DNA from: Escherichia coli O127:H6 str. E2348/69
GTDB lineage: Bacteria; Pseudomonadota; Gammaproteobacteria; Enterobacterales; Enterobacteriaceae
Reading direction: 5' to 3' (one strand)
NCBI RefSeq assembly: GCF_000026545.1
Contig: NC_011601.1
DNA length: 64,000 bases
The translations under genes and the position numbers were made by a program. Each line of letters begins with the position of its first letter. Within the stretch, counting starts at the first letter, position 1. The notes under the pieces were generated by a model. It ran no database searches. It was given only the letters and a program-made list of their open reading frames with translations, and was not told the origin of the DNA. This document shows, piece by piece, positions 34,543-50,051 of the stretch.

Positions 34543-34576
34543 TAAAAAATGCCAGCCCGAAGGCTGGCATTTTTAA
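34543..34576. terminator. bidirectional intrinsic terminator between ygcG and eno
   Basis: GCCAGCC-CGAA-GGCTGGC hairpin flanked by AAAAAAT upstream and ATTTTTAAA downstream; sits between convergent stops (34534 and 34594). Confidence 0.7.
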
Positions 34577-34593
34577 ATCAGATAAAGTCAGAC

Positions 34594-35907
<1,314 letters not shown>

Positions 35908-35979
35908 TCACTAGTTAAACTGAAACTCCAGACAAACAACGCGTACCCAGGGTACGCGTTGCCGTTCTAACTTTTTTAC

Positions 35980-37632
<1,653 letters not shown>

Positions 37633-37844
37633 TTAGGTTGAAAAGACGATGGAATAACCAGGACGGGAAAGCAGTATACCCGAACATGACCTGTGCCACA
37701 AACTTTCATTATCCCTCCTCTTCGCCAGCGCACTATTGAAATCAGGAGTGAGAAAATAGCCCCTTTGGGGTAAATGTTTTTGACGCAAATCAAGCGCTTG
37801 TCATTTAAAAAATGACACAAATCGCGCTTGACCGCGTAATTCCC

Positions 37845-38636
37845 TTAGAGATCAATTTCCTGCCGTTTTACCTGTTGCCAGACTTCTTCCATTGTTTCGA
37901 GGTCAACACCTGTCATTTCCAGTCCACGCGCGGCAACAATACGCTCCACTTCGCGAAAACGACGCTCGAATTTTTCGTTCGCTTTTTGCAATGCGATTTC
38001 CGCTTTTGTCCCTAAATGACGAGCCAGATTGACCGTGGCAAACAGCAGGTCACCCATTTCCTCCTCCAGTTTAGCCTGGTCGACAACAGCCTGCCGCGCC
38101 TCGTACATCACCTCGTCGATCTCTTCGTAGACTTTATCGACTACCGGACCAAGCGTCGTCCAGTCGAAACCAACGTTGGCGCAACGTTTCTGGATTTTTT
38201 GCGCACGCATTAAAGCCGGTAAACTACGAGGAATATCGTCCAGCGCCGAATGCTGCGCTTTCTGCGCGCGCTCTTCGGTTTTGATTTGCTCCCAACGGGC
38301 AAGCACTTCACTACTATTTTCGGCAGAACTGTCAGCAAAAACATGCGGATGGCGACGCTCTAATTTATCGCTAATAGCAGCGCAAATATCATTAAAGTCA
38401 AAGCGCCCTTCTTCCTGAGCCATTTGTGCGTAAAACACCACCTGGAACAGCAGATCGCCCAGTTCACCGCGCAGATCGTCAAAATCTTCACGGGCGATGG
38501 CGTCCAGCACCTCGTAGGTTTCTTCAAGGGTGTAAGGCGCAATGGTGGCAAATGTCTGCTCTTTATCCCACGGGCAGCCGTTTTCCGGGTCGCGCAGGCG
38601 CTGCATGATGGTGAGCAAACGGTCGATTTGATTCAT
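37845..38636 (-). CDS. mazG: nucleoside triphosphate pyrophosphohydrolase MazG
   Basis: 263-aa ORF with tandem MazG domains; downstream of mazEF. Confidence 0.9.
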   Translation of the reverse strand: MNQIDRLLTIMQRLRDPENGCPWDKEQTFATIAPYTLEETYEVLDAIAREDFDDLRGELGDLLFQVVFYAQMAQEEGRFDFNDICAAISDKLERRHPHVFADSSAENSSEVLARWEQIKTEERAQKAQHSALDDIPRSLPALMRAQKIQKRCANVGFDWTTLGPVVDKVYEEIDEVMYEARQAVVDQAKLEEEMGDLLFATVNLARHLGTKAEIALQKANEKFERRFREVERIVAARGLEMTGVDLETMEEVWQQVKRQEIDL

Positions 38637-38707
38637 TGAATTATCCTGAAAATTGCGGGTCCGTCAGGTGGAAACCTGTGACCAGAATAGAAGTGAGTTA
38701 GTAACAC

Positions 38708-39043
38708 CTACCCAATCAGCACGTTAATTTTGGCTTTAATGAGTTGTAATTCCTCTGGAGCAACTGTTCCTTTCTTCGTTGCTCCTCTTGCCCGCCAGGC
38801 GATACTTTTTACCTGATCAGCTAACGCTACGCCATCACGTTCCTGACCGGATAGAACAACTTCGAACGGATATCCTTTTGATTGCGTTGTACAAGGAACA
38901 CACAGACACATACCTGTTTTGTTGTTGTACATGAACGGACTCAGGACAACAGCCGGACGATGTCCGGCTTGCTCGCTACCTTTTGTCGGGTCAAAATCAA
39001 CCCAAATCAGATCGCCCGTATCGGGTACGTATCGGCTTACCAT
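38708..39043 (-). CDS. mazF: endoribonuclease toxin MazF
   Basis: 111-aa [22 protein letters not shown]..., PemK/MazF fold. Confidence 0.93.
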   Translation of the reverse strand: MVSRYVPDTGDLIWVDFDPTKGSEQAGHRPAVVLSPFMYNNKTGMCLCVPCTTQSKGYPFEVVLSGQERDGVALADQVKSIAWRARGATKKGTVAPEELQLIKAKINVLIG

Positions 39044-39291
39044 TACCAGACTTCCTTATCTTTCGGCTCCCCCCAGTCGATATTCTCGTGGAGGTTTTCC
39101 GGCGTGATGTCGTTGACCAGTTCAGCAAGCGTAAATACGGGCTCTTTACGCACTGGCTCAATAATTAATTTGCCATCCACCAGGTCAATCTTCACTTCAT
39201 CATCAATATTCAGATTGAGCGCCTGCATTAACGTAGCCGGGATCCGCACCGCCGGTGAATTTCCCCAACGCTTTACGCTACTGTGGATCAT
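39043..39291 (-). CDS. mazE: antitoxin MazE
   Basis: 82-aa [21 protein letters not shown]... (AbrB/SpoVT-type); overlaps mazF start. Confidence 0.93.
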
Positions 39292-39316
39292 AACCCTTTC
39301 CTCAAACCGCTATCAT

Positions 39317-39345
39317 ATGTAGATACAGTATATATCAATCTACAT
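39317..39345. promoter_or_regulatory. mazEF promoter operator (alternating palindrome)
   Basis: ATGTAGATACAGTATATATCAATCTACAT, dyad ATGTAGAT/ATCTACAT, 26-54 bp upstream of mazE start. Confidence 0.6.
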
Positions 39346-39368
39346 TGTAGATACGAACAAGTTTCGGC

Positions 39369-41603
39369 CTAACTCCCGTGCAACCGACGCGCGTCGATAA
39401 CATCCGGCACCTGGTTGAGTTTACCCAGCACGCGACCCAGCACTTGCAGGTTGTAAATCTCAATGGTCATGTCGATGGTCGCCAGTTGCTGTTTGGTGTC
39501 GCTACGGCTGGCAACGCCAAGTACGTTCACCTTCTCGTTGGCGAGAATGGTCGTGATATCACGTAACAACCCACTACGATCATTAGCCACCACGCGGACC
39601 ACCAGCGAATATCCGGCGGAGTAGCTCTCACCCCATACCGCGTCAACAATGCGTTCTGGCGCATGGGAGCGCAGTTCCGCCAATTGTTCGCAATCGGCGC
39701 GGTGTACTGAAATACCGCGCCCCTGGGTAATGAAGCCGACAATCTCATCTCCAGGAATCGGCTGGCAGCAGCGCGCGATGTGGTGCATCAGGTTACCAAC
39801 ACCTTCTACCACCACACGACCGTTATCTTTACTGCGGTTTTGCGGCGTATAGCTTTTTTGCTGAAGTTGCTTCAGCGCGGCGGCATCCTGCTCTTCGGCA
39901 CTCGGCTTATTAAATTGCGATTGCAGGAAGTTCACCATCTGATTGAGACGGATATCCCCGCCACCAATTGCCGCCAGCAACTCGTCGACATCATTGAAGT
40001 TGTAACGCGGCAGCAGATGTTTTTCTGCTTCTTTCAGGCTGATCCCCAGATGTTCCAGCTCGTCGTCAAGGATTTGCCGCCCAGCCAGAATGTTTTTGTC
40101 ACGGTCCTGTTTACGGAACCAGGCGTGAATTTTCGAACGCCCACGGCTGGTTGTGACGTAACCGAGGTTTGGGTTTAACCAGTCACGGCTGGGGTTCGGC
40201 TGTTTCTGGGTGATAATTTCAATCTGGTCGCCCATCTGCAGCTGGTAGGTGAACGGCACAATGCGCCCGCCAATTTTTGCCCCGATGCAGCGGTGTCCGA
40301 CATCACTGTGGATGTGGTAAGCGAAGTCCAGCGGTGTTGATCCCGCAGGCAAATCAACGACATCACCTTTCGGCGTAAAGACGTACACCCGGTCGTCAAA
40401 GACCTGGCTACGTACTTCGTCGAGCATTTCGCCGGAATCAGCCATCTCTTCCTGCCACGCAATCAGTTTACGCAGCCAGGCAATCCGGTCTTCATGTCCC
40501 GAACGTGCGCCGCCAGCTGCCGCGCCCTCTTTATATTTCCAGTGTGCAGCAACACCCAACTCTGCATCTTCATGCATCTGTTTGGTGCGGATTTGGATCT
40601 CAACGGTTTTGCCACCCGGCCCCAGAACCACGGTATGAATAGACTGATAACCGTTTGGTTTCGGGTTAGCGACGTAATCGTCAAACTCATCCGGCAGGTG
40701 GCGATAGTGAGTGTGCACTATCCCCAGTGCGGCATAACAATCCTGTAAACGCTCGGCGACAATACGTACCGCACGCACATCAAACAGCTCATCGAAGGCG
40801 AGGTTCTTTTTCTGCATTTTGCGCCAGATGCTGTAGATGTGTTTCGGACGACCATACACTTCAGCTTTAACGCCTTCAGCTTTCATCTCAGCGCGCAGAT
40901 GGCCGACAAACTCTTCGATATAGTGTTCGCGGTCAAGACGGCGTTCATGCAGCAGTTTTGCGATGCGTTTGTATTCGGTCGGGTGCAGATAACGGAAGCA
41001 GTAATCTTCCAGCTCCCATTTCAGTTGCCCAATCCCAAGACGGTTCGCCAACGGCGCGTAGATATTGGTGCACTCTTTTGCCGCCAGTACGCGTTCATCT
41101 TCCGGCGCATCTTTTACTTCGCGCAGGTGAGCAATACGCTCCGCCAGTTTGATGACCACGCAGCGAAAATCATCGACCATCGCCAATAACATCCGGCGAA
41201 CGTTATCGACCTGTTCGGAGGAAACAGAATCGGTATGCGTCGCTTTCAGCTGGCGGATCGCCGCCATATCACGCACGCCGTGAATAAGGTTAACGACCGA
41301 CTTACCGACGCTCTCACGCAGCACATCTTCGCTGACTACGTTGGCATCGGCCAGAGGGAACAGCAGCGCCGCCCGCAGCGTGTCAATGTCCATACTTAAT
41401 GTCGAGAGGATCTCCACCATCTCAACACCACGCCACAATAACAGACTGGCATCCGGATGCCCCTGCGTCTGTTGCAGACAATACGCCCAGGTTTCGGCTA
41501 AGCACTCACACGACTTCTGGCTGGTAATACCCAGACTTGCGATCCATTTTTCCGGATCAAATTCACCAGCCTTATTGATATGTGCACTTCTTACCGCAAC
41601 CAT
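39369..41603 (-). CDS. relA: GTP pyrophosphokinase ((p)ppGpp synthetase I)
   Basis: 744-aa ORF, RelA/SpoT family (HD-like, synthetase, TGS, ACT regions). Confidence 0.96.
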   Translation of the reverse strand: MVAVRSAHINKAGEFDPEKWIASLGITSQKSCECLAETWAYCLQQTQGHPDASLLLWRGVEMVEILSTLSMDIDTLRAALLFPLADANVVSEDVLRESVGKSVVNLIHGVRDMAAIRQLKATHTDSVSSEQVDNVRRMLLAMVDDFRCVVIKLAERIAHLREVKDAPEDERVLAAKECTNIYAPLANRLGIGQLKWELEDYCFRYLHPTEYKRIAKLLHERRLDREHYIEEFVGHLRAEMKAEGVKAEVYGRPKHIYSIWRKMQKKNLAFDELFDVRAVRIVAERLQDCYAALGIVHTHYRHLPDEFDDYVANPKPNGYQSIHTVVLGPGGKTVEIQIRTKQMHEDAELGVAAHWKYKEGAAAGGARSGHEDRIAWLRKLIAWQEEMADSGEMLDEVRSQVFDDRVYVFTPKGDVVDLPAGSTPLDFAYHIHSDVGHRCIGAKIGGRIVPFTYQLQMGDQIEIITQKQPNPSRDWLNPNLGYVTTSRGRSKIHAWFRKQDRDKNILAGRQILDDELEHLGISLKEAEKHLLPRYNFNDVDELLAAIGGGDIRLNQMVNFLQSQFNKPSAEEQDAAALKQLQQKSYTPQNRSKDNGRVVVEGVGNLMHHIARCCQPIPGDEIVGFITQGRGISVHRADCEQLAELRSHAPERIVDAVWGESYSAGYSLVVRVVANDRSGLLRDITTILANEKVNVLGVASRSDTKQQLATIDMTIEIYNLQVLGRVLGKLNQVPDVIDARRLHGS

Positions 41604-41650
41604 CGTCCTCTCCTTTAGGGACCAGACCTGCCGAAATCGGCAAATCGTAA

Positions 41651-42952
41651 CTATTTAACGCGCGAGAAAAGTACCATCGATTCCAGATGTCCCGTGTGTG
41701 GGAACATATCCAGCATCGCCAGTCGCGCAATGGTATATCCTGCTTTTAATAACGCTTCGCTATCCCGAGCCAGCGTTGCAGGGTTACAGGATACATAAAC
41801 TATACGAATAGGTTCCAGTTTTATAATTTGCTGCATAACACCTGCGGCACCTGCTCGCGCCGGGTCCAGCAACACTTTATCGAAGCCGTTTTTCGCCCAC
41901 GGCTGCTTTGTGACATCTTCTTCAAGATTTTCGTGATAAAACGTCACATTCTGTAAGCCATTAAGACGCGCATTCTGCTGGCCTTTTTCCACCAGCGCCG
42001 GAACACCTTCTACACCGACCACACTGGCAGCTTGTGTCGCCAATGGCAGTGTAAAGTTGCCCATACCGCAGAACAGATCCAGTACGCGATCTTCAGGTTG
42101 TACATCCAGCCATTCCAACGCACGCGCTACCATTTTTTGGTTCACACCCGCATTGACCTGAATAAAATCGCGCGGGCTAAAAGTTAAGCGCAACCCGTTT
42201 GAGTCATACCAGGGCATCTCACCAGAGACGGTTTCGAGTATCTCACTATCGGGGGCGAGATACAGATCCAGGCCTTCAGAATGCGAAAAGCGTTCCAGTT
42301 TTTCGCGATCAGCCGAACTTAGCGGTGCGGTATGGCGCAAAATCATCAGCGTGCCGCTGGTTGCCTGTACCAGTTCAACATGACCAAGATGGCGCATAGC
42401 TTGTAAGCTGCCCAGGCATGCCCTGACTTTGGGCAGCAATGCTTCAAGTTGGGGCACTAAAATGGGACATTGTTTAACGTCGACAATGTCACTGGAGCCC
42501 GCTTTGCGAAACCCCATCTGAAGTTGCTGTGTTTTCGGTAAGTAGTTCAGACTTAAACGCGCGCGACGGCGATAGCCCCAGGGAACATCGGCGATCACTT
42601 CAGAGACTTCGTGTTTCATTAATCGGGCGAGTGCCGCACTTTTGCTTCGCTGCTGTAAATCCACGCTGGCGTGTTGTTGCTGACAGCCGCCGCATACGCC
42701 AAAATGAGGACAGCGTGGCGTTTCGCGTTCCGGGCTATCGCTTAACCGGCGCACGACTTTAGCGCGGGCGTATTGTTTTTTATCTTCAGTAACAGTAACT
42801 TCCGCGTTTTCCTGTGGCAATAATCCAGGAATAAATAACGCTTTGCCGTTATGTCGTGCCACGCCCTGACCAAAAGAGTCGAGGTCGTTGACTGAAACAG
42901 TTATGATCTGACGCGTCGTCGTGCGTCGTTTTGCAGAGTAGAATTGCGCCAT
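41651..42952 (-). CDS. rlmD: 23S rRNA (uracil1939-C5)-methyltransferase
   Basis: 433-aa ORF with TRAM domain and 4-Cys cluster ([11 protein letters not shown]), SAM-MTase C-domain. Confidence 0.92.
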   Translation of the reverse strand: MAQFYSAKRRTTTRQIITVSVNDLDSFGQGVARHNGKALFIPGLLPQENAEVTVTEDKKQYARAKVVRRLSDSPERETPRCPHFGVCGGCQQQHASVDLQQRSKSAALARLMKHEVSEVIADVPWGYRRRARLSLNYLPKTQQLQMGFRKAGSSDIVDVKQCPILVPQLEALLPKVRACLGSLQAMRHLGHVELVQATSGTLMILRHTAPLSSADREKLERFSHSEGLDLYLAPDSEILETVSGEMPWYDSNGLRLTFSPRDFIQVNAGVNQKMVARALEWLDVQPEDRVLDLFCGMGNFTLPLATQAASVVGVEGVPALVEKGQQNARLNGLQNVTFYHENLEEDVTKQPWAKNGFDKVLLDPARAGAAGVMQQIIKLEPIRIVYVSCNPATLARDSEALLKAGYTIARLAMLDMFPHTGHLESMVLFSRVK

Positions 42953-43008
42953 TGGCGAGACTTTCTCAATTTAACAGTGTGACCTTAATTGTCCCATAAC
43001 GGAACTCC

Positions 43009-45765
43009 ATGACCAACTACAGCCTGCGCGCACGCATGATGATTCTGATCCTGGCACCGACCGTCCTTATTGGTTTATTGCTGAGTATCTTTTTCGTTGT
43101 GCATCGCTATAACGACTTGCAGCGTCAACTGGAAGATGCCGGAGCCAGCATTATTGAGCCGCTTGCAGTTTCTACTGAATATGGCATGAGCCTGCAAAAC
43201 CGCGAATCTATCGGTCAGTTAATAAGCGTACTGCATCGTCGCCATTCCGATATTGTTCGCGCGATTTCGGTTTATGATGAAAATAACCGACTCTTTGTCA
43301 CCTCCAATTTTCATCTTGATCCCTCATCAATGCAGCTCGGCAGCAACGTGCCGTTTCCTCGCCAGCTCACTGTCACCCGTGACGGCGATATTATGATCCT
43401 CCGCACGCCGATTATTTCTGAGAGTTACTCCCCCGACGAATCGCCCAGTAGCGATGCCAAAAATAGTCAAAATATGCTGGGATATATTGCGCTGGAGCTG
43501 GATCTTAAATCGGTTCGCTTGCAGCAATATAAAGAGATCTTTATTTCCAGCGTGATGATGCTGTTTTGTATCGGTATTGCGCTTATTTTTGGCTGGCGCT
43601 TAATGCGCGATGTAACCGGTCCGATTCGCAATATGGTGAATACCGTCGACCGCATCCGTCGCGGGCAACTCGACAGCCGTGTGGAAGGATTTATGCTCGG
43701 CGAGCTGGATATGCTGAAAAACGGTATCAACTCGATGGCAATGTCGCTGGCTGCTTATCACGAAGAGATGCAGCACAATATCGACCAGGCGACGTCCGAT
43801 CTGCGTGAAACGCTGGAGCAGATGGAAATTCAGAACGTTGAGTTGGATCTGGCGAAAAAGCGCGCCCAGGAAGCGGCGCGTATTAAATCCGAGTTTCTTG
43901 CAAATATGTCACACGAGCTGCGTACACCACTGAATGGTGTTATTGGCTTTACCCGCCTGACGCTGAAAACAGAATTAACACCAACGCAGCGCGATCACCT
44001 GAATACGATTGAACGTTCGGCAAATAATTTGCTGGCAATTATTAATGATGTTCTCGACTTCTCGAAACTGGAAGCCGGTAAGCTGATTCTGGAAAGTATT
44101 CCATTCCCACTACGCAGCACGCTGGATGAAGTCGTTACCCTGCTGGCACATTCTTCTCACGATAAAGGGCTGGAACTGACGCTCAATATTAAAAGCGACG
44201 TGCCTGATAACGTTATCGGCGACCCACTACGATTACAGCAAATCATCACTAACCTGGTGGGGAATGCAATTAAATTCACCGAGAATGGCAACATTGATAT
44301 TCTGGTAGAAAAACGTGCGCTGAGTAATACCAAAGTGCAGATTGAAGTGCAGATTCGGGATACCGGCATTGGTATTCCTGAACGCGATCAATCGCGCTTA
44401 TTCCAGGCCTTCCGACAGGCTGATGCCAGTATTTCCCGCCGTCATGGTGGCACCGGGCTGGGGCTGGTGATTACACAAAAACTGGTTAATGAAATGGGCG
44501 GCGATATTTCGTTTCATAGCCAGCCGAATCGCGGTTCAACTTTCTGGTTCCACATTAATCTCGATCTGAATCCGAACATTATTATTGAAGGGCCATCCAC
44601 CCAGTGCCTCGCCGGTAAACGCCTGGCCTATGTCGAACCAAACTCCGCAGCAGCGCAATGCACGCTGGATATTTTAAGTGAAACGCCGCTGGAGGTGGTT
44701 TATAGCCCAACGTTCTCCGCGCTGCCTCCCGCGCATTACGACATGATGTTGTTAGGCATCGCGGTGACCTTCCGCGAGCCGCTAACAATGCAACATGAGC
44801 GATTAGCGAAAGCGGTATCGATGACCGATTTCCTGATGCTGGCACTTCCTTGCCATGCACAAGTCAATGCTGAAAAACTCAAGCAAGATGGTATCGGCGC
44901 GTGTCTGCTGAAACCATTAACACCTACGCGCCTGTTGCCTGCCCTGACGGAATTTTGTCATCACAAACAAAACACGCTTTTGCCTGTAACCGATGAAAGT
45001 AAGCTGGCAATGACAGTCATGGCGGTTGATGACAACCCCGCTAACCTGAAACTTATCGGCGCATTGCTGGAAGATATGGTGCAACATGTGGAACTTTGCG
45101 ATAGCGGGCATCAGGCGGTTGAACGGGCGAAACAGATGCCGTTCGATTTGATCTTAATGGATATTCAAATGCCGGACATGGACGGCATTCGGGCCTGCGA
45201 ACTCATCCACCAGCTCCCCCATCAGCAACAAACGCCGGTTATCGCGGTAACGGCGCATGCAATGGCCGGGCAAAAAGAGAAGCTGCTTGGCGCAGGGATG
45301 AGCGATTATCTGGCGAAACCGATTGAAGAAGAGCGATTGCATAATTTGTTGTTGCGCTACAAGCCTGGCAGCGGTATTTCCTCTCGCGTCGTGACGCCCG
45401 AAGTCAACGAAATTGTGGTGAACCCGAATGCGACCCTCGACTGGCAACTGGCACTACGCCAGGCAGCAGGAAAAACCGATTTAGCGCGCGATATGCTGCA
45501 AATGTTACTCGATTTCCTGCCTGAAGTTCGCAACAAAGTTGAGGAACAGCTGGTTGGAGAAAACCCGGAAGGCCTGGTTGATTTGATTCATAAACTGCAT
45601 GGCAGTTGCGGCTATAGCGGTGTGCCGCGTATGAAGAATATCTGCCAACTGATCGAACAACAGCTACGTAGCGGTACTAAAGAAGAAGATTTAGAGCCGG
45701 AGCTGCTGGAACTGTTGGACGAGATGGATAATGTAGCGCGCGAAGCCAGCAAAATTCTCGGGTAA
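43009..45765 (+). CDS. barA: hybrid sensor histidine kinase BarA
   Basis: 918-aa ORF: TM sensor, HAMP, HisKA (SHELRTPLN), HATPase, receiver (DIQMPDMDG), Hpt. Confidence 0.95.
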   Translation: MTNYSLRARMMILILAPTVLIGLLLSIFFVVHRYNDLQRQLEDAGASIIEPLAVSTEYGMSLQNRESIGQLISVLHRRHSDIVRAISVYDENNRLFVTSNFHLDPSSMQLGSNVPFPRQLTVTRDGDIMILRTPIISESYSPDESPSSDAKNSQNMLGYIALELDLKSVRLQQYKEIFISSVMMLFCIGIALIFGWRLMRDVTGPIRNMVNTVDRIRRGQLDSRVEGFMLGELDMLKNGINSMAMSLAAYHEEMQHNIDQATSDLRETLEQMEIQNVELDLAKKRAQEAARIKSEFLANMSHELRTPLNGVIGFTRLTLKTELTPTQRDHLNTIERSANNLLAIINDVLDFSKLEAGKLILESIPFPLRSTLDEVVTLLAHSSHDKGLELTLNIKSDVPDNVIGDPLRLQQIITNLVGNAIKFTENGNIDILVEKRALSNTKVQIEVQIRDTGIGIPERDQSRLFQAFRQADASISRRHGGTGLGLVITQKLVNEMGGDISFHSQPNRGSTFWFHINLDLNPNIIIEGPSTQCLAGKRLAYVEPNSAAAQCTLDILSETPLEVVYSPTFSALPPAHYDMMLLGIAVTFREPLTMQHERLAKAVSMTDFLMLALPCHAQVNAEKLKQDGIGACLLKPLTPTRLLPALTEFCHHKQNTLLPVTDESKLAMTVMAVDDNPANLKLIGALLEDMVQHVELCDSGHQAVERAKQMPFDLILMDIQMPDMDGIRACELIHQLPHQQQTPVIAVTAHAMAGQKEKLLGAGMSDYLAKPIEEERLHNLLLRYKPGSGISSRVVTPEVNEIVVNPNATLDWQLALRQAAGKTDLARDMLQMLLDFLPEVRNKVEEQLVGENPEGLVDLIHKLHGSCGYSGVPRMKNICQLIEQQLRSGTKEEDLEPELLELLDEMDNVAREASKILG

Positions 45766-45837
45766 TGGACGTCTTGTCGAGTAGCAACCGGATTTTTATG
45801 ACGCTGGTTTCAGATTGGTGAAAAGTGCCTGTGTTTA

Positions 45838-45872
45838 TGCCGGATGCGGCGTTAACGCCTTATCCGGCCTGC
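45838..45872. repeat. REP element
   Basis: TGCCGGATGCGGCGTTAACGCCTTATCCGGCCTGC in the barA-gudD intergenic region. Confidence 0.7.
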
Positions 45873-45995
45873 AAAACCAATTAAGTTCAATGAATTAAAA
45901 AATGATGTAACCCTGATACGTAGCGCAACAGGCAATTTTGCGTTTGGCATCAGTCTCAAACCGGCTCCAGATAGAGCCGGTTTTGGTTTTCTGTC

Positions 45996-47336
45996 TTAAC
46001 GCACCATGCACGGACGCTTGTTATCGAACGTCCAGCCGGGGATCAGGTACTGCATTCCCATCGCATCGTCACGCGCGCCAAGCCCGTGTTTCTGATACAG
46101 CTCGTGCGCTTTCATCACTTGATCCATATCGATTTCTACACCCAGCCCCGGTTTTTCTGGCACCTGAACCAGACCGCCTTTGATCTCTAACGGTTCTTTG
46201 GTCAGACGCTGATTGCCTTCCTGCCAGATCCAGTGCGTATCAATAGCAGTAATTTTACCCGGTGCAGCAGCGGCTACATGGGTAAACATCGCCAGGGAAA
46301 TATCGAAGTGGTTGTTAGAGTGTGAACCCCAGGTCAGGCCAAATTCATGGCACATTTGCGCCACACGTACCGAACCTTGCATCGTCCAGAAATGCGGATC
46401 CGCCAGCGGGATATCAACGGATTGTAACGAGAGCGTATGGCCCATCTGCCGCCAGTCGGTGGCGATCATATTGGTTGCGGTCGGCAGGCCAGTCGCGCGA
46501 CGGAACTCTGCCATCACTTCACGCCCGGAGAAACCTTGCTCCGCACCACACGGATCTTCTGCATAAGCCAGCGAACCTTTCAGGTATTTACCAATTTTAA
46601 TCGCTTCGTTCAGCGACCAGGCACCGTTAGGATCGAGGGTAATACGCGCCTGTGGGAAGCGTTGCGCCAGTGCCACAATAGATTCTGCTTCTTCTTCCCC
46701 GGCCAGTACACCACCCTTCAGTTTGAAATCGTTGAAGCCATATTTTTCATATGCCGCTTCCGCCAGGCGCACCACCGCATCCGGCGTCATCGCTTCTTCG
46801 TGACGCAGGCGATACCAGTCACATTTATCATCCGGCTGGCTTTGATACGGCAGCGGTGTGGCTTTGCGATTACCGACGAAGAACAGATAACCGAGCATTT
46901 CGACTTCGCTACGCTGTTGACCATCGCCCAGCAGCGATGCCACGTTAACCCCCAGATGCTGCCCCAGCAGATCCAGCATTGCCGCTTCTATCCCGGTAAC
47001 TACATGAATAGTGGTCCGCAAATCAAATGTCTGCAAACCGCGCCCGCCGGCATCACGATCGGCAAATGTATTACGCACCAGCGTCAGAACGTTTTTGTAT
47101 TCACCCAGCGTTTTACCCACCACCAGCGGAATCGCATCTTCCAGCGTTTTACGGATTTTCTCGCCGCCGGGAATTTCCCCTACCCCAGTGTGACCAGAAT
47201 TATCTTTGATAATCACAATATTACGCGTGAAGAACGGTGCGTGTGCACCACTCAGATTCATCAGCATACTGTCATGGCCCGCCACCGGGATGACCTGCAT
47301 TTCAGTAACAACAGGCGTCGTAAATTGAGAACTCAT
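45996..47336 (-). CDS. gudD: glucarate dehydratase
   Basis: ORF 45996..47360; enolase-superfamily; start placed at [10 protein letters not shown] (446 aa); last gene of gudPXD. Confidence 0.88.
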   Translation of the reverse strand: MSSQFTTPVVTEMQVIPVAGHDSMLMNLSGAHAPFFTRNIVIIKDNSGHTGVGEIPGGEKIRKTLEDAIPLVVGKTLGEYKNVLTLVRNTFADRDAGGRGLQTFDLRTTIHVVTGIEAAMLDLLGQHLGVNVASLLGDGQQRSEVEMLGYLFFVGNRKATPLPYQSQPDDKCDWYRLRHEEAMTPDAVVRLAEAAYEKYGFNDFKLKGGVLAGEEEAESIVALAQRFPQARITLDPNGAWSLNEAIKIGKYLKGSLAYAEDPCGAEQGFSGREVMAEFRRATGLPTATNMIATDWRQMGHTLSLQSVDIPLADPHFWTMQGSVRVAQMCHEFGLTWGSHSNNHFDISLAMFTHVAAAAPGKITAIDTHWIWQEGNQRLTKEPLEIKGGLVQVPEKPGLGVEIDMDQVMKAHELYQKHGLGARDDAMGMQYLIPGWTFDNKRPCMVR

Positions 47337-47356
47337 ATTTATGTCCTTTTTCAAAA

Positions 47357-48697
47357 TCAATGACGGCCGAAAACGGGACGTTTACGGTCAAAGGTCCAGC
47401 CGGGGATCAGGTACTGCATCGGGCCCGCGTCGTTACGCGCACCGCCAGGCAGACGTTTATAGGCCTCATGCGCCTTTTGTACCTGCTCCCAGTCCAGTTC
47501 CACGCCCAGACCGGGCGCATCAGGAACGGCAATTTTTCCGTTTTTAATCTCCAGCGGATTTTGGGTCAGGCGACAATCGCCCTCCTGCCAAATCCAGTGG
47601 GTATCGATAGCGGTAGGATTACCCGGTGCCGCCGCACCCACATGGGTAAACATCGCCAGAGAGATATCAAAGTGGTTATTGGAATGGCAGCCCCAGGTCA
47701 GCCCCCAGTCGTCGCAAAGCTGCGCTACGCGGACTGCACCGGAAAGCGTCCAGAAGTGCGGATCGGCAAGTGGAATATCTACCGCATTGAGCATCACCGC
47801 ATGACCCATTTCGCGCCAGTTGGTGGCGATCATGTTGGTCGCGACGGGCAAGCCGGTCGCCCGTCGAAACTCCGCCATCACTTCACGACCGGAGAAACCC
47901 TGCTCAGCGCCGCACGGGTCTTCCGCATAGGTAAGAACATCATTCAGCCCTTTGCACAGAGAAATGGCTTCATCAAGCAGCCAGGCACCATTGGGATCAA
48001 CGGTAATCCGCGCATCAGGGAAGCGTTTCTTCAATGCACGAACAGTGTCGATTTCTTGCTCGCCAGGTAACACGCCACCCTTAAGTTTGAAATCTTTAAA
48101 GCCATAGCGATCCTGTGAGGCTTCCGCCAGACGCACAACGGCTTCGCTGTTCATCGCTTTCTGATGCCGCAACTGATACCACTCATGGTTGCCCGGCGTA
48201 TTTTCCAGATAAGGAAGATCGGTTTTGGTCCGATCACCGATATAAAACAGATAACCGAGAACGGTAATAGCATCACGTTGCTTGCCTGGCCCTAACAGTT
48301 CGCAGACCGGAACATTCAGCGCCTGACCTAACAGGTCAAGCAAGGCGGCTTCCAGCGCCGCCACGGCATTAACGCGCAATTCAAAAGTCCAGGCACCTTT
48401 GCCGAAGGCATCAAAATCGGCTGCCTGATTACCTTTATGCACCTGCTGAACCACTTTATTCAGGCGCGCAACTTCCTGGCCCAGCACCATCGGAATAGCC
48501 TCGACCAGTGTTTGATAAATCACCTCTCCGCCCGGCGCTTCACCAATGCCGGTATGCCCGGCATTATCGGTGAGTACCACAATATTGCGGGTGAAATATG
48601 CGTTATGTGCACCACCAATATTAAGCAACATGCTGTCATGTCCGGCGACCGGAATGACTTTCATATCAGTAATAACAGGACTGGATTGTGTCGTCAT
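47357..48697 (-). CDS. gudX: glucarate dehydratase-related protein (enolase superfamily paralog)
   Basis: 446-aa ORF, paralogous to gudD (long identical runs such as [24 protein letters not shown]). Confidence 0.88.
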   Translation of the reverse strand: MTTQSSPVITDMKVIPVAGHDSMLLNIGGAHNAYFTRNIVVLTDNAGHTGIGEAPGGEVIYQTLVEAIPMVLGQEVARLNKVVQQVHKGNQAADFDAFGKGAWTFELRVNAVAALEAALLDLLGQALNVPVCELLGPGKQRDAITVLGYLFYIGDRTKTDLPYLENTPGNHEWYQLRHQKAMNSEAVVRLAEASQDRYGFKDFKLKGGVLPGEQEIDTVRALKKRFPDARITVDPNGAWLLDEAISLCKGLNDVLTYAEDPCGAEQGFSGREVMAEFRRATGLPVATNMIATNWREMGHAVMLNAVDIPLADPHFWTLSGAVRVAQLCDDWGLTWGCHSNNHFDISLAMFTHVGAAAPGNPTAIDTHWIWQEGDCRLTQNPLEIKNGKIAVPDAPGLGVELDWEQVQKAHEAYKRLPGGARNDAGPMQYLIPGWTFDRKRPVFGRH

Positions 48698-48698
48698 C

Positions 48699-50051
48699 TT
48701 ATTGCCCCGCGACAGGTTTCAGCTCAATACGCTTGATATCGCCCACCAGCACCAGGTAGCTGAGTACCGCGATTAAGGCATGAACACCAACATAAATCAG
48801 CGCCCCATTAAAGGAGCCAGTCGTGCCAACGATATAACCAATTGCGATTGGCGTGACGATGCCAGAAATGTTACCAAACATGTTAAACAGGCCACCGGAA
48901 AGACCGCTGATCTCTTTTGGCGCAGTATCAGCCATTACAGCCCAACCCAGCGCACCGATCCCCTTACCGAAGAAGGCCAGCGCCATAAAGCCGATGATCA
49001 TCCACTCAACGTTGACGTAGTTGCAGAACACCATCACCATCGACAACAACATGCCCATCACGATCGGTGTTTTACGCGCAATGTTCAGTGAACCCGTGCG
49101 ACGCATCAGCCAGTCGGAAATAATCCCACCCAGCACACCGCCGATAAAACCGCAAACCGCCGGAACGGAAGCCACAAAGCCCGCTTTCAGAATCGACATC
49201 CCGCGCGCCTGCACCAGATAAACCGGGAACCAGGTAATGAAAAAGTAAGTCAGGGCGTTGATACAGTACTGACCGATATAAACGCCGATCATCATCCGTG
49301 ACCCGAGCAGCTGTTTGATCTGCCCCCACTTCACGCTAAACGGCACTTTAACTTTGGTGTTTTGCTGATCCATATTGATCAGCGCGCCACCCGCGGCGAT
49401 GTACTCCAGCTCTTTCTGATTTACGACCGGATGTTGATTTGGCTCGTGGATGACTTTCAACCAGATAAAGCTGATGACAATGCCCAGACCGCCCATAAAG
49501 AAAAAGACGTGTGACCAGCCCACTTCATGCGTCAGCCAGCCCATAATCGGCGCGAAGATAACCGTTGCGAAGTATTGAGCGGAGTTAAAAATCGACACCG
49601 CCGTTCCCCTTTCCTGCGCCGGAAACCAGGCCGCAACAATGCGACTGTTGCCGGGGAAAGAGGGCGCTTCAGCAAGCCCGACCAGGAAGCGCAGCGTAAA
49701 CAGGGCAACGATAATGCCGAATCCACTAAAGATATCGACGAAGCCTTGCAGCAAGGTAAACATCGACCAGATAAAGATCGACCAGAAGTAGACGCGTTTT
49801 GAACCAAAACGATCCAGCAACCAGCCACCAGGGATCTGCCCGATAACATACGCCCATGAGAAGGCAGAGAACACATAGCCCATTCCCACGGGATCAAGGC
49901 CGATATCTTTGGCCATTTCCGAACCGGCAATAGAAAGCGTAGCGCGGTCGCCGTAGTTGAAGGATGTGACGATAAACAACATCACCACTATCCAGTAACG
50001 AGCATTCGTGCGTTTTTCCACACTGCTCGCAGCCTGACTTAAAGAACTCAT
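48699..50051 (-). CDS. gudP: MFS glucarate/galactarate transporter
   Basis: 450-aa multi-TM ORF, anion:cation symporter-like; first gene of gud operon. Confidence 0.88.
   Translation of the reverse strand: MSSLSQAASSVEKRTNARYWIVVMLFIVTSFNYGDRATLSIAGSEMAKDIGLDPVGMGYVFSAFSWAYVIGQIPGGWLLDRFGSKRVYFWSIFIWSMFTLLQGFVDIFSGFGIIVALFTLRFLVGLAEAPSFPGNSRIVAAWFPAQERGTAVSIFNSAQYFATVIFAPIMGWLTHEVGWSHVFFFMGGLGIVISFIWLKVIHEPNQHPVVNQKELEYIAAGGALINMDQQNTKVKVPFSVKWGQIKQLLGSRMMIGVYIGQYCINALTYFFITWFPVYLVQARGMSILKAGFVASVPAVCGFIGGVLGGIISDWLMRRTGSLNIARKTPIVMGMLLSMVMVFCNYVNVEWMIIGFMALAFFGKGIGALGWAVMADTAPKEISGLSGGLFNMFGNISGIVTPIAIGYIVGTTGSFNGALIYVGVHALIAVLSYLVLVGDIKRIELKPVAGQ

Noticed and set aside
45950-45995. Hairpin AAACCGGCTC-CAGATAG-AGCCGGTTT next to the gudD stop
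   Set aside because: U-tract is on the + strand side only, 185 bp past barA; could be a barA terminator but orientation and assignment are ambiguous, so not called.
46437-48070. ORFs 46437..47363 (+) and 47360..48070 (+)
   Set aside because: Antisense shadows of gudD and gudX.
45996-48697. gudD/gudX internal similarity considered as a recent tandem duplication or repeat
   Set aside because: This is the expected gudX-gudD paralog pair of the glucarate operon, not a novel duplication.
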